A stretch of DNA of 63,658 nucleotides, the filler included, from Intoshia linei (taxonomy: Eukaryota > Animalia > Orthonectida), in NCBI GenBank assembly GCA_001642005.1. It is 5 parts of 5 records of this genome, joined end to end, with 100 filler letters (N's around TTAATTAATTAA, not from the genome) between each part and the next. Parts side by side here need not be neighbours in the genome. Positions count along the whole stretch, not along the records: positions 47,934 to 60,774 come from LWCA01001050.1; 4 more parts are not named here. One strand, written 5' to 3'. The stretch's first letter is position 1; each line of letters starts with the position of its first letter. Under the pieces are notes generated by a model. It made no database searches, was not told the origin of the DNA, and saw nothing but the letters and a program-made list of their open reading frames with translations. The translations under genes and the position numbers were made by a program. Of this stretch, positions 47,934 to 60,874 are shown one piece after another.

Positions 47934-48315
47934 GAAGAATTCTATAAAATACCTAACGATTATATCAAAAATCTTTATGAGTCTATTTCGAGAAGATTAG
48001 ATGACGTATTTTCAGTTTATGGCGGAAATACCAAGTACTGACATTATTAAACCTTTTTAAATTTAATTTATTTAATTATGTTGTTTAATCATAAAATTAA
48101 TCACGGGTGCTCAAAACATATGAACGACTAAAATTATTACAATTTAATAATATCATCATTCTCATATCTAATAATTATCTAACAGTCTTCAAATTTAATT
48201 AATAACTTCCGATCATATTTACATTCCCTGAAATATAAAATAAATTGAACAAAAACACTTATTAATAAAATAATTAACGATTTTATAAGGTGCTCAAAAC
48301 ATATGGACGGGTCTG
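47934..48315 (+). mobile_element. Right end of an IR/DR Tc1-like transposon
   Basis: Transposase C-terminus EEFYKIPNDYIKNLYESISRRLDDVFSVYGGNTKY*. Direct repeat GGTGCTCAAAACATATG at 48106 and 48289. Terminus ...GTCTG|TA. Confidence 0.85.
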
Positions 48316-48994
48316 TAGTAACATATAGTATCAATATATCTTTAGTAAATAGTAAATATCTATGGATATTTACTACACATACTATAATATAATCCCTTTT
48401 TTATATATTTTATTGAAAAATCCCAATTTACCAAACTTTATGTAAAAAAATCCAATTTTAAGAAACTTTCCAGAAAAAAAACAATTTTAAGAAATTTTTC
48501 ACGAAAAAATAGCCTTATCCAGTATTTTATTCAGGTTTAACTTAATTTAATTTAATCATTCCAAAAAAGTTAAATTCTACCAACATTCGGGAAAAATCTC
48601 CTTTTCAAAAAAATTTTTATAGAAAATTCCAATTTACCCAAACCTTTCAAAAAATATCCTATTAACAAACATTTGATGGAAAAATCTAATTTTACTTAAT
48701 TTTGTGAGAAAAAATCGCATATTCCAATATTTTATTGAAAAATTTAATTTTATCAAAGTTTTTCATAAAAAATAGAAAAAATAGCTTTATACGGTATGTA
48801 ATTCAGATTTACTAAATTTAATTTAACCTTTCAGAAAAAATACCCTTTTACAACATATTATTATTGAAAAATACTTTATTTGACTTTGGGTAAAATGACA
48901 CTATTTACAATGAAGGCATTAGAGATATGAAGCGACAATTTCATAAACGGTAACACTGATTAACGGATATATAATGAACGCATTTTAAAATTAC

Positions 48995-49869
48995 ATCTCC
49001 AAAAACACTGAAATGGTTTTTTAAATCTTTTTCGGTGACATCATTAGTTATACCACCCACAAATATTTTCTTTGGAACTTCATTTCCATTGGTAGTGGCG
49101 ATTTTAGGATCTATTTGTTTATTATCAAGAATATGGACATCTTGAGACATGACCTAAAGATTTAGAATCAAAATAAAAGTTATTAAATTAAAACGAATGT
49201 ACGAAATGTATATAATGGATTAAAATTGCCAATATTGTGGCCAATACAAAAAATAAATTAAAATCTAAAATGCTTTTTTAGTCTAAACAGATTTTTCGTT
49301 ACAAGAATATTATTTACTTTTGTCTGCTCATATCTTCTCATTAAAAGTTCGATAATGGTGTATAAATTTAACTATAAAAAGTACCTTATCGACAGAGACT
49401 TTGTCTTTAAATATAACAAACCCGAAGCCTCTGGAAGATTTGGTTATTTGATTAAATTTAATATTTGAATCTATAATCAGACCAAATTGACTGAAATAAT
49501 TTCTAAAATCGTCTACAAAGAAGAATAAACCAAAAACACGAAAAAATGACTAGATACTGTAAAAATTTAATTTTTACTTTCAGAGGTTTGAAAATGCAAT
49601 CCACCGACAAATATTTTTCTATAATTAAATTTGCAAAATTACAAAACTTATAATTACCTTTCATCTGGAGGAAACTTATATTCTGGTATATTTAAATTTT
49701 TAAATTGCGAAAATTTTCGAATGTTTGCCTTTTCTTCAGAAAAATCTAATTCAACATGTGGTTCATTGTGCTCAACATTTTTGGAAGAATCGACATTAAT
49801 ATCAATTTTGGATATAGAATCCTTGCCATAGTTTTTTCTTCTAAACTTTTTTCGGACAATTTTCGACAT
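48995..49869 (-). CDS. Tandem-RRM protein, hnRNP D/AB (squid)-like, 5' part
   Basis: Four exons give DERKIFVGGL...FRNYFSQFG...SRGFGFVIFKDKVSVDKVM..HILDNKQIDPK...VPKKIFVGGI...HFSVFGD. The rest of RRM2 was not found before the gap. Confidence 0.85.
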
Positions 49870-49994
49870 GAATAGTAAACAAATAAACGAAAAAATAAAT
49901 AAAATTAACTAGTATTCGATTTATCAAAAACCACAAATTAAACGTAAACGAATACCAATTTATTAAATAAATAATTTACATAACAATAATAACT

Positions 49995-52478
49995 CTATTT
50001 GTACATCTCGTCGATAATGTCCGAATATTTTGAATATACGACGTGCTTTTTGGTTTTAAGAGTTGGACCCAATTCTCCAGTTGGAACAGAAAAATCGTTC
50101 TTCAAAACAACCCATTTTTGAATTTTATGTGGATTGTTTGCAGCTAATTTGTTTGCTCTATCAATAGAATCCTGGATAGCTGCAACCATTGCTTTGTCGT
50201 CTTTTTTTGCTATTGGACCAATTGTTGTTGTATCTGAACCATGATTTTCACAGAAAACTTTTGATTCTAACGCTAATTCATCAGTTGATACTCCTGTTTC
50301 ATCACAAATAAGTTTTAGTGTTAACAATGCAACCAAGTACTTTCTCTGGTCCCCAACAATAACTATATTACTTAAACAAGGTAAATTTTTCCGGACAGCA
50401 TTTTCAATGTTCCCAGTACTAATATTTTCACCTCCAGCCGTAATAATGAGTTCTATATTAAATAATTATTAACATTAAATATGTTAAATTCAAAAATGTA
50501 TAAATGTAATATTAAACGTACCTTTTATTCTTCCAACTATTTGCAATTGATCGCCTTCCCATTTACCTTGATCACCAGTCCTCAAATAAAAATCTTTAGT
50601 GAACGCAGCGTCTGTTTTGGCTTCATTTTCTTTATATCCCATAAAAATATTACGCCCATAAGCTTGAATTTCAAGATCATCTTCATTTATACGAACATGT
50701 GTTCCATCGTACGGTTTTCCTACGGTTCTAGTATGGAACATGCCTGGAAACATGACACTTTGAGCTCCAGCAGTTTCACTCAATCCATACGCACTGTGAA
50801 TGTACAAACCAAGACTTACAAAGAAATCCATTGTAGAATCATGCATCGGTGCGGCACCATAAAACAAAAAGCGACATTGATCCAATCCCAAAACTTTCTT
50901 TATTTTTTTATACACCATTGCATTCGCCAACTTGAAAGACCAAGGATCCTTGGTAATTTCATTCTTAGCTTTTTTTTGACTATACTTGTAACCAACATTT
51001 TTAGCCCAATGTCCAATTTTTCTTTTAATGTATCCATTACTGAGTGCCGTTTCAACTAAAAATGTAATTAAAATATAAATTTCGCATAACAATTAGGTAA
51101 TTATAAAAATTATAATCAAAAAAATTAAAATGTTTATAAACAAAATGTGATAATTACCAATACGTTCATGAATCTTTTCAAACACACGCGGTACTCCCAA
51201 AAAAACGGTTGGATGTACTTCATTTAAAGAGAATTTAAGAGTTCCTTTGAGAGCTGATGGCTGAGCAAAAAACACTGGAGATCGTACTACTATTGGTCCA
51301 ATAATATCCAACATTTGAGCTGCAACATGGGATAAAGGTAGATAACTTAATAAACGCTCATTTCCAAATATGGGTCCATAAGCTTTACAAAACCTGCGTG
51401 CAGTCCAAACGAGATTATCATGACTAAGCATGGCGGCTTTTGGGTTTCCTGTTGTACCAGACGTAAAAACAATCGAACAACATTTGTTCGGCTTTAGTGA
51501 TTTGACTTTGCACTCAAACTCATCATCAAGTGTTTCGTTTTTGGAAGATAAATCAAGAAAATCGTCCCAATGGTATTCACCATAAGAGCAGTTTGTTGTA
51601 TCGTCGTTATAAACAATTACACCTCTCAAATTAGGAATTTGGTCTCTTATCGTGTCTAATTTTTCAATTTGCTTTTGATTATCTACAACTATGACAGTGC
51701 ATTTGGCCAATCTAAAATTTGCGAGATTTGTTTCAGCGGTATTTGTAGTATAAATTCCAACTCCAATAGCTCCAATGTGGATTGCACCCATAAAAGTTAA
51801 ATGCCATTTGTAATGATTAAATCCAATTATTGCCACTCCCTCGCCTTCCTGAACACCCAAAGCTAATAAAGATTTTGATACTAGTTTAATTTTAGAATAG
51901 TATTCCGGGTAACTAATGCAATTCCATTTTTCTCCAATATTTGTTTGATGAGCTAGAGCTACTGAACTGACATCATCGGCTCTAATCGTTTGTTGCAACA
52001 GATCACACACAGTCATGGCACTCAAGTTAGTATTGTCTTTTCGTAATCTAACTTCGGAATGAACATCAGTAACAATATAAGGTAATGTATCACTGAAAAG
52101 GTACTCGTTGTCATATTCAGTAAACGTAAAATGAGAACTTGATTGTAAAACGCCATTATTCACTGGTATCACTTCTTTTTTAGCCTTGCAAAAAATTTTT
52201 CTAACACTTAACGATTTCGTAACATTTTTAGTTTCCTTTTTAGAGGTTGATACACTAGTTTTATTTGAGGACGTATTTTTACTCGATAAACTAAAAAATC
52301 AAATAAAAGTACATTAAAGTAAAACCCTCAAAAATTTAATTCATTATCATATCAACGTGTTTAGAATATTTAAAAAAGTTAAATTATAAATTAAATCGGA
52401 TATATTCCACAATATTAAATATTACCTCACTGTTCCATCTTTAGACAATTCTTCAACTTTCAAAACTTCAACAACCAT
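49995..52478 (-). CDS. Long-chain fatty acyl-CoA synthetase, bubblegum (ACSBG) family
   Basis: Exons ~52478-52426, 52290-51158, 51056-50521 and 50452-49995 give GVGIYTTN, FTSGTTGNPKAAMLSHDN, SYLPLSHVAAQMLDI, GVPRVFEK, YGLSET, GRNIFMGY, GRIKELIITAGGEN and DFSVPTGELGPTLK. Confidence 0.93.
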
Positions 52479-53103
52479 GTTCTAAATATAAATTATAAAA
52501 AACAAACTCAAAATAAATATGATGGTGGTGATAAATGCAATTTTATCATCAACCATCAATAATAACACTTACTATTATGTAAAATTCGTAAAATGCTTTT
52601 AAAATTGTTGTAAATTCTACGAAAATATAAGCGAAATGAAAATTATGATTTAGCAAATTCAATTAAAATGTGCCAACTCTCTCAGTCCAATATTTATATA
52701 GATTAACATCACGCCATTCATCAATAATAAATATTATACCGTTTCCATGCACATGTGTGAGTTTTATTTTTCCGTTGTCAATAAATTAATGTTTCCAGAG
52801 TTTTATATTATAAATGGCCTGCTTATTGTCTATTTAAATTTATCAAGAGCTGTAATTAATTATTGTGTAGTAATTAAGTCGAATATCAAGTAACTAACTT
52901 TTTCATAATATGTTCTTATTATGGTTCCATCTATGAATTAGAATAAGCCCCCACGTTAATTGTGATAAACGTTATTATAAAGTGACCTAATAAATTTTGA
53001 ATTTGATCCAAGTTTCCATGAAAGAAGTGATTTATACAACTCTGAAACTTGTAATGACAATACTACAATATACATAATGTATTTTAATGTATTTTAATGT
53101 ATG

Positions 53104-53261
53104 TAAAGTGGCCACAAAAATACGTACTATCACTTTTAGTTTATTTGGAATAAATTTTTATTCGTCATCATAGATAAGTAGTTTTGGATTTACAGTTAAA
53201 AGTTTACATTTAACACTAAATAAACTAAAATTGATAGTAAGTATTTTTTTTGGCCACTTTA
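53104..53261. mobile_element. Second copy of the ~158-bp MITE
   Basis: TAAAGTGGCCACAAAAATACGTACTATCAC ... TGATAGTAAGTATTTTTTTTGGCCACTTTA, with the same core TTCGTCATCATAGATAAGTAG as 4801-4958. Confidence 0.8.
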
Positions 53262-53641
53262 ATTGATGTAATCAAATTTTTTAGCATTTTTAATTTTATT
53301 TCTTCAATTTTTTGTCAAATTTTCTTAAAACTTACCATATTTAATTTAATTTACAGTTAAATTCAAAGTTTTAATATATTTTAGATGCATATTATTTTGA
53401 ACATCAAAATTTGTTGACTCCAGCTGTTTTATTAACTAATTTATAATTATTTATTAATGATACATCTGAAATTTAGAAATATAAACATTTAAATAGTGTA
53501 ACGCTTGATAATTAGTTAATTGTTAACATATTGTTATTTCAAGTTTCATTTTTGTAACCGTTAAAAATTCAAAATTTTTCAAGACAAACCAATATACATT
53601 AATCAAAATGTATACATTTGTATTTAAATTGCATTGTAAAA

Positions 53642-54786
53642 TCTTTTACTTATATAAAATTTAATGTGTGGGTGTTACCGTATATTTAAAAAAATTAACA
53701 GTCATAGAATTAAAAAACCCAATTACTAATACATTTTTTTGTAGGGTATGTTTATTATCTATGATTCATTTTCCGAATTTGAGTCCTTTAGTGTCAAAAA
53801 TCTAATTTGCCCTTTTATTTAAAAATAAAATAAAATCTTGCCAAAAATTTAATAAAACATAAATTCTGGGACGCGTTTTAAAATCATTAACATTATCGTA
53901 AATCTTAGATTCACAAAAGCAACCTTCATGGTCAAAACCACAAATTACCCTTTGTTTAAAAATGAAACATGTCCTAAAATTTTATAAAACATAAATTCTA
54001 GGATAGTTTTTAAAATCATAAGCATTATCATAAATGGCAACATAAACAAAGTGTATTTTCACGATCAAAACCCTAGATTCCAATTTTTTTAAAAAATGAA
54101 AATAATCATAGTATTAAAAAACATTTAATCTTGATACAGTCATATTCAGTGAACACACAAAAAAAATTTCAATCTGATTGAATGACGTTTTTATTGTCAA
54201 AAGCGCACTTTAGTATTAATTTTTTTTTATTTCGAAACTATTTTATTAAAACAAAAAATTTGAAACAATTAACGGTCCTACACTTAAAAAAGAGATTACT
54301 CTCTTACAGTTTATTCCAGTTGATATAAATATAAAATTTAAACCCCAAAAATCTACGCATTTCCGGTGAAAAATAATTTTTAATATATTATCAACCAATA
54401 TTTTTGAAATGTTTCGATTTAAATGTAAATATTCATCTTACAATTTCAAAAAAAATATGCATTAAATGTCTACACATTTCCAATAAAGAAATATAGGTAG
54501 AAATCTCATAAATTGATTCCTTCGGATTTATTTTCATTGCTATGCAATTTTTAATTTTGAAATAATTATTTTCAAAAAGTTTAAAATCACTTGAAGTACA
54601 ACTTTGTTATTATCATTTTTATATTTATGCAATGTTGGTAAAATTGACCGGAAATATGTTTTTAAAGTGCTGATTCCGTTAATTATTGATGCTAAATGTT
54701 TTATTTTTTATTTTTATGGTAGAATTAAAACTATTCTCTCGGTAGAGCTAGGTGCGGTTTGTACAAAGTACATTAAATGAAGCAAG
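53642..54786 (+). mobile_element. Apparently complete non-autonomous Helitron (~1.15 kb)
   Basis: A|TCTTTTACTTATATA ... TGTACAAAGTACA hairpin ... CAAG|T (CTAG in other copies). No TSD. Internal ~132-bp tandem subrepeats. Confidence 0.78.
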
Positions 54787-56209
54787 TATATTATAAGGAT
54801 AGATAAAATAAAATGTATCCTAATTGCTGTATACTATTTATGGTAAATATGTTAGTCCAATTCATATTTTCAATAAATTAAATAATAATAAATAAATAAA
54901 CATAGTAATGTATTAAAAAGTCATACTTGGAAACTTTTCATAATTTTTTGTACAATTGTATTAAAATTAACGCAATGTAGTGCATTTTGTTTTTCACATG
55001 TTACTCAGAAAAATAATCGTTTTAGTTAAAATGTTAATTAGTTTTACATTATTTTAAAATGCAACCTAGATGATTATGTCACCTAATTCATATAATCTCT
55101 GTTGTGGTTTTAGGTTTTTTCATATTATTGAAAATTGCAAGAATGGAAATAAAAACTGTATCGTGTATTGATCGGTGAGGATGTAGAATGATGTTACATA
55201 ATGAACATTATGTAGAAAATGTATACAAATTTAAGGCAATATTTTCTGAATTATTTCGTAAGAACAATTCGAACTTGAAAAGACACTAAAAGTGTCTTGA
55301 ACTACATAACGTAATATAAAACGTATACAAATTTCGTTCCTAACATTAATTTCATAGGACTAGCCGCCAGCATGTAAAAATCAGAACAAAATATAGCATT
55401 TTCATTACATGCAGAATACATTACTTCAGATTTGATAATTTTAATAATGATAATAAAAAATATCATTTCAAACCCTTTATGTAAACACCCCTTCTAACAA
55501 TTTTATAAAAAGACTTGTGAGAAAAAACCTTTCAATCCAACCCTAAAATAAAAAATCCAATTTTATCGATCTTTATGCCGTAAGTTAGGTAAAATAAAAT
55601 CGCAGGATAAAAACTCTTTTCGTACATTTTTTTGAAAACTTGGATTTTAGCAAACCTTACGAGAAAAAAATCATTATTCAATCACAAATAAAAAACAAAA
55701 ATTTTAGTAACCACGAAGGAAAATTCCCTTTGTTTCGAGTACTTGGTTCTAAACATTAAAAAGTTGTGAAACTCACAAGTGTTGTTGTATTCAGTTTACA
55801 TTTTACAAATTAGTCATTTATATACATTAAATTTGTTGGTAACAGAGCATATCTATCACCCTTGTCAATATTTAATAGAAAAATCTCATTTTACTAAATT
55901 TTACGAGAAAAAATTCAATTCTACCTAACTTTCCTAGATAAAATATCTTTTTCAAATATTATATTGGAAAAATCAAAATTAGCAAAGTTTTATAGAAAAA
56001 ATAACCTTATATAGTATTTTATTTAGATTTAACTAAATTTAATTTAACCATTCACAAAATACTCACGCTGCAAAATATAGTTATTGATAAAATTGTGAAA
56101 AATAAAATTTACTTAAATCTTAGAAAAAAATCAAATTCTAACCACCATTCGAGAAAAATTCAATTTAACTCAAACTTTTCGAAAAAAAATTAAGGCAAGT
56201 TTTTTTTCG

Positions 56210-56782
56210 CTCAATTTTTAAAGGTTTTGAAGACAATTTTATAGACTTTTGAAAGGAATATTATTTTTTTCATCAAATTTTTAAAGATTTAGAAGAGCAT
56301 TTTTTGTAGGGTTTAGAAGGGAATATTTTTAACATTTATATGGTATCTTTAAAACTTGGGTAAAAAAATAAATAAATAATATTCCCTTCAAAACCCTACA
56401 AAATTTTGGTCACGATATGTCTTCAAAATTTTTGTTTACGAAATGTTTTCAAAATCTTTAAAAATTGTGTAAAAAATCCCTTAAAAACTCTATTAATTTT
56501 TGGTACCAAAAATGTCTTGAAAATCTTTAAAAAGTGGGTAAAAAATAAAATAATATTCCTTTCAAAACCCTACAAAATATGGTCACAAAATTACCTTCAA
56601 ATTTTTTAAAAATGGTAAAAACAAATAATCCCATAAAAACCCTACAAAATTTTGGTCACGATATGTCTTCAAAATCTTTAAAAATTCTGTAAAAAATCCC
56701 TTAAAAACTCTATTAATTTTTGGTACCAAAAATGTCTTGAAAATCTTTAAAAAGTGGGTAAAAAGTAAAATAATATTCCCTA
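56210..56782. repeat. Degenerate ~31-bp tandem array with higher-order duplication and an inverted block
   Basis: Units such as CTTCAAAACCCTACAAAATTTTGGTCAC and CTTGAAAATCTTTAAAAAGTGGGTAAAAA. ~56390-56560 is repeated at ~56637-56780, and 56210-56330 is inverted. Confidence 0.7.
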
Positions 56783-58076
56783 CATAATAGGGCTGATTTT
56801 ATTTAAAAAAAAAAAAAAAGGAAAAATTGAGTTTTTGATGCTGAAGGACTCAATTTCGGAAAATGAAATTTGCGATACTGCATCATTCTTGAAAAATGGT
56901 ATTAGAAGCTGGGATTTTTGAATTGTGTTTAATACTTACGCAAAGCTGATTGTACAAAGTACATAACGGACGAGATGGTTGCATAATAAATTCAGTAAAA
57001 AATTATTAATATTGTATGTATTACCTTTAATAACTCGATTTAAAATTCTGGTATAAAGTATAAAATTTTCTATTTACCTAATGTTAATTCGTGTAAACTA
57101 ATCTTTGTGTGCACATTGTGCATTGCATATATGGAAAAAACTAATCAAACTGTTTATATAACTACAAATTTATTGATTATGTTATTAGATTATAAATATA
57201 ATAAAAAATTAAAATTTTTACACATATATCAAGGATCAATGTTTACATTTATTTTAACCGAAATATTTAAAAAATATTGATTGATAATATATTAAAAATT
57301 GTTTTTCACCGGGAATGCGTAGATTTCTTGGGTTGAAATTTTGTATTTATATCAACTAGAATAAGCTTTATTAGAATAATTTTTTTTTTAAATTTCGGAC
57401 AGTTAATTATTTACATTTTTTGTTTTAATTTAATAGTTCGGAAAAATATATATAATACTAAAATGTTTTTTTTGACATTGAAGTCGTCACTTATTCAGAT
57501 TAAAATTTTTTTAAATGCTAGGGCTGTTTCATGAAAAAAAAGGTCATTTGTGGTTTTGACCCTGAAGATATAATTTTTTTATATTTAAAGTTACGAAAAA
57601 ATGGAAAGTCTTAACTCGTAAAGTAAATAATAATTATCTTAACGTTCAAACGCAGTAATATTATAAATGCGTAGCATGTAAATGTAAATATTTAATCAAT
57701 ACAAAATATCTATGTAATAATATAGTCTTATCTTTCTGATTATAATTATTTATTAGGTTATCGAATCGTTTTTGACGCATTTTCTTATTTTTAACTACAT
57801 ATTGTACCAATATGTATACGTCAAATTACATGACATTTCAAAAAATAATCAAAGCTAGTTTGACTGTCTAGCTCTTAATGCAAACAGTAAATAGCACAGA
57901 TAGTATAACATAGTTTTAGCACAGACAGGTCATTTTAAATTACATTTAAAGAGGATTATTCACACTTAATATTATTTTGTTCACATTTGTGTAGATTAAC
58001 TATTCTCAATGGGTTCTATGTGGATTCCTGGGGTCGACATAAGTTTTTCGGGTCCATGCAAAATTTTATATTAACA

Positions 58077-58500
58077 CTAGGTTGACTGTTATGTACTATG
58101 TACAAACAGCACCTAGATCTGCTGAGGGCACATTTTTATTCAACCAAAAAAATAAATTCACGTTGAAAATCTAACTTAAAAATCCTATTATTCACTATTA
58201 TCCATAAACAAGTGGTTCCCAAACTTGTTTCAGGTGGAACCATCATATGACATTACTCAAGGAATTTTTCCCAAACTTATTTCAGGTGGAACCGTCATAT
58301 CACATTACTTTTTACTTTAAAGTAAATATCATCTTAATTTTTTTAACATTTGCGTAAAGAATTTTAAAAACAATTGTTNNNNNNNNNNNNNNNNNNNNNT
58401 TCAGGTGGAACCGTCATATCACATTACTTTTTACTTTAAAGTGAATATCATCTTAATTTTTTTAACATTTGCGTAAAGAATTTTAAAAACAATTGTTATC
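58077..58500 (-). mobile_element. Helitron 3' portion (with an assembly overlap at the n-run)
   Basis: A|CTAGGTTGACTGTTATGTACTATGTACAAACAGC on the plus strand is the reverse hairpin plus CTAG. Confidence 0.75.
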
Positions 58501-58528
58501 CTTTTTTTAATGTATATATAATTTAGAG

Positions 58529-60588
58529 TAGTGGTTCTTAACCGTGGGTGCATAATCAATTTTTGGAGTGCACAGAGCTATTTTCAATTTTTTTTAATTA
58601 GATTAATAAAATAAAATTAAAATTATTATGTTAATAATATAAATATAAAATAATTAGTTATTAATTAATAATTAATTATTTTTTTAAATGAGTGAAATTA
58701 CTATTAACTTAATTATTAAAACTCAGAAAATAGACGAATTAAGTAGTAGCAAAAAACTTTTACATAACAATTAATAATTGATTAACAGTTAATAATTAAC
58801 GCTCATTAAATTTATTCACAATCATCAATAATCAAATTAATTTTATATTTTCAACTTTTTTTAGGTTACAAATTAGGTATTTTAATATATAAATTATCAT
58901 ATAGTTTTTAACCATTTTCTAAGGATGTCTAAAAGAAGACAATGAAATAACAATTACGTAGAATTTGATTTTACCTTTGTAATCATGCAGATGAAACCGA
59001 AAAACCTCAGTGAATTTATTTTTTGGCGTTTTATGCAATGATAGCATAAATCTAAACCTTCTACATAATCATAAGAATATAAAACACTTAAAGCTCACTG
59101 GCAGTGTTAAAATTAGCGCTCGAAAAAGAACTAGGTGGAACAGTTGACAATTTATCATTACTTCTCAATGTAACAAAATTGTAGACTTTAAAATTTTTTT
59201 TACAATGTAAAGGCATAATATCATGTTATTTCCCCGATTTCTAAACAAAAAAAGCATCATACCATCGGAAACGTTAATCAAACCCTGTAATCTTAACATC
59301 GCAGAACTTCCACTTAGCGAAAAATAAAAAAGAGCACTTAAATCAATTGCTTTATAAAAGGATTAAAAATTCAGCAGAAGTTATCGAACTTCAAGTTATG
59401 GATGAACTTTGAAAAAGCCTAGTAAAATTTAGTTTACAATTGGACGAATCTACTGATGTGTTTTTAAGATATGTAGCGAATGATAATGTAAAGGAAAAAT
59501 ATCTGTTTTGTGAGTCATCAAATAAAACAATAGAATTGATGTATTCGAAATAAATTATATATTAATACATTAATATATATATCAATTTTTTTATTGACCC
59601 TATAATTTACTATAATTTAATATTATTATTTTATTATTATTTATTATATAATTTAATTTACTTTTAAGCCCTTAAATAGAAAAAATTTTACATAGTTCTT
59701 TGATATTTCTAGTGCCTTTGGGAAATATATTATATATGACTATGATAGCTTTAAATGTAATATTTGGTAGTTTTTGGTGTTTTACATTTTACGACCCATT
59801 GTATTCAATTTTATGTCTATTCAATTTAGATTGAAAGTCACATAAATTATACAATTTAAAAATTCCAAATAAACAAATATAGCCAGTGATTACAAGTGAA
59901 AATACTTTATATTGTTAAAACATTATCAATTTAGCTATGATAATTGATATGGTTCGCCCTAGTTAGGTAACATAGTCTATTTTTGAATTTAGTGGTATGA
60001 CCAGGGCTACTACATTTTCCAATATCTTCCAATAAAAAATAGATAATATATCTACTGGATATTGCAATAGTACTTACAAAGCTTTTAGTGGATATGATAG
60101 TTGACACTTTGTCATTTTTATAAAGGTTTAAAATAAGTACAGACAGGGTCGTAGAGAGGGTCATATGTCCCGTGTCTACAATCATGAAAGCCTACTTTTT
60201 TAATGTATTAATAAGTATCGATAAAAAATATATTATATATTATATATTAAAGTATATTATAATTTCGATAATTAATGCGATTGCCAATGGTTATTTATAA
60301 TTTTTAGATAATGAACGTTCGATTAATTAATGAATAGAGGTCCATTTTTAAAATTTTTTTGGATAGGGGCCTATAATTTCTTTCGAGCCCGGGCCTACTG
60401 CTGGCTCTCCATGACCATTATTATGACCAAATCAGCTTTAATTTTTAAATTATATCCGTTTAATTTACGTAACTAGTTAACACTTTATTTATAATTAATA
60501 TTGTATTAATTGATTTTTAATCAAGGGGTGCACAGTCATTAAGATCAATATTTGGGGTGCGTAGGTCGAAAAAGGTTAAGAACCACTG
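58529..60588 (+). mobile_element. Decayed Buster/Charlie hAT transposon with both ends
   Basis: TAGTGGTTCTTAACC ... GGTTAAGAACCACTG. Relic MSKRR...ETLIKPC...KRIKNSAEVIELQVMDEL..FSLQLDESTDV. Paralogous to 5401-6320. TSDs do not match. Confidence 0.75.
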
Positions 60589-60874
60589 CCCTAATGCATA
60601 ATATTAATATCATCATGCTTGTAATTTCATACCGATAAACATAACAAAAATTAACTTTATTAACCTTTGTTAGTTTAATTTAGTAGTTAATTTTTTTACT
60701 ACAATTTGACAGTGTAATTTTAGCTAGTAGACAATTTATCTACTAAAAATACAATTATACTAGTGCGCGTCACANNNNNNNNNNNNNNNNNNNNNNNNNN
60801 NNNNNNNNNNNNNNNNNNTTAATTAATTAANNNNNNNNNNNNNNNNNNNNNNNNNNNNNNNNNNNNNNNNNNNN

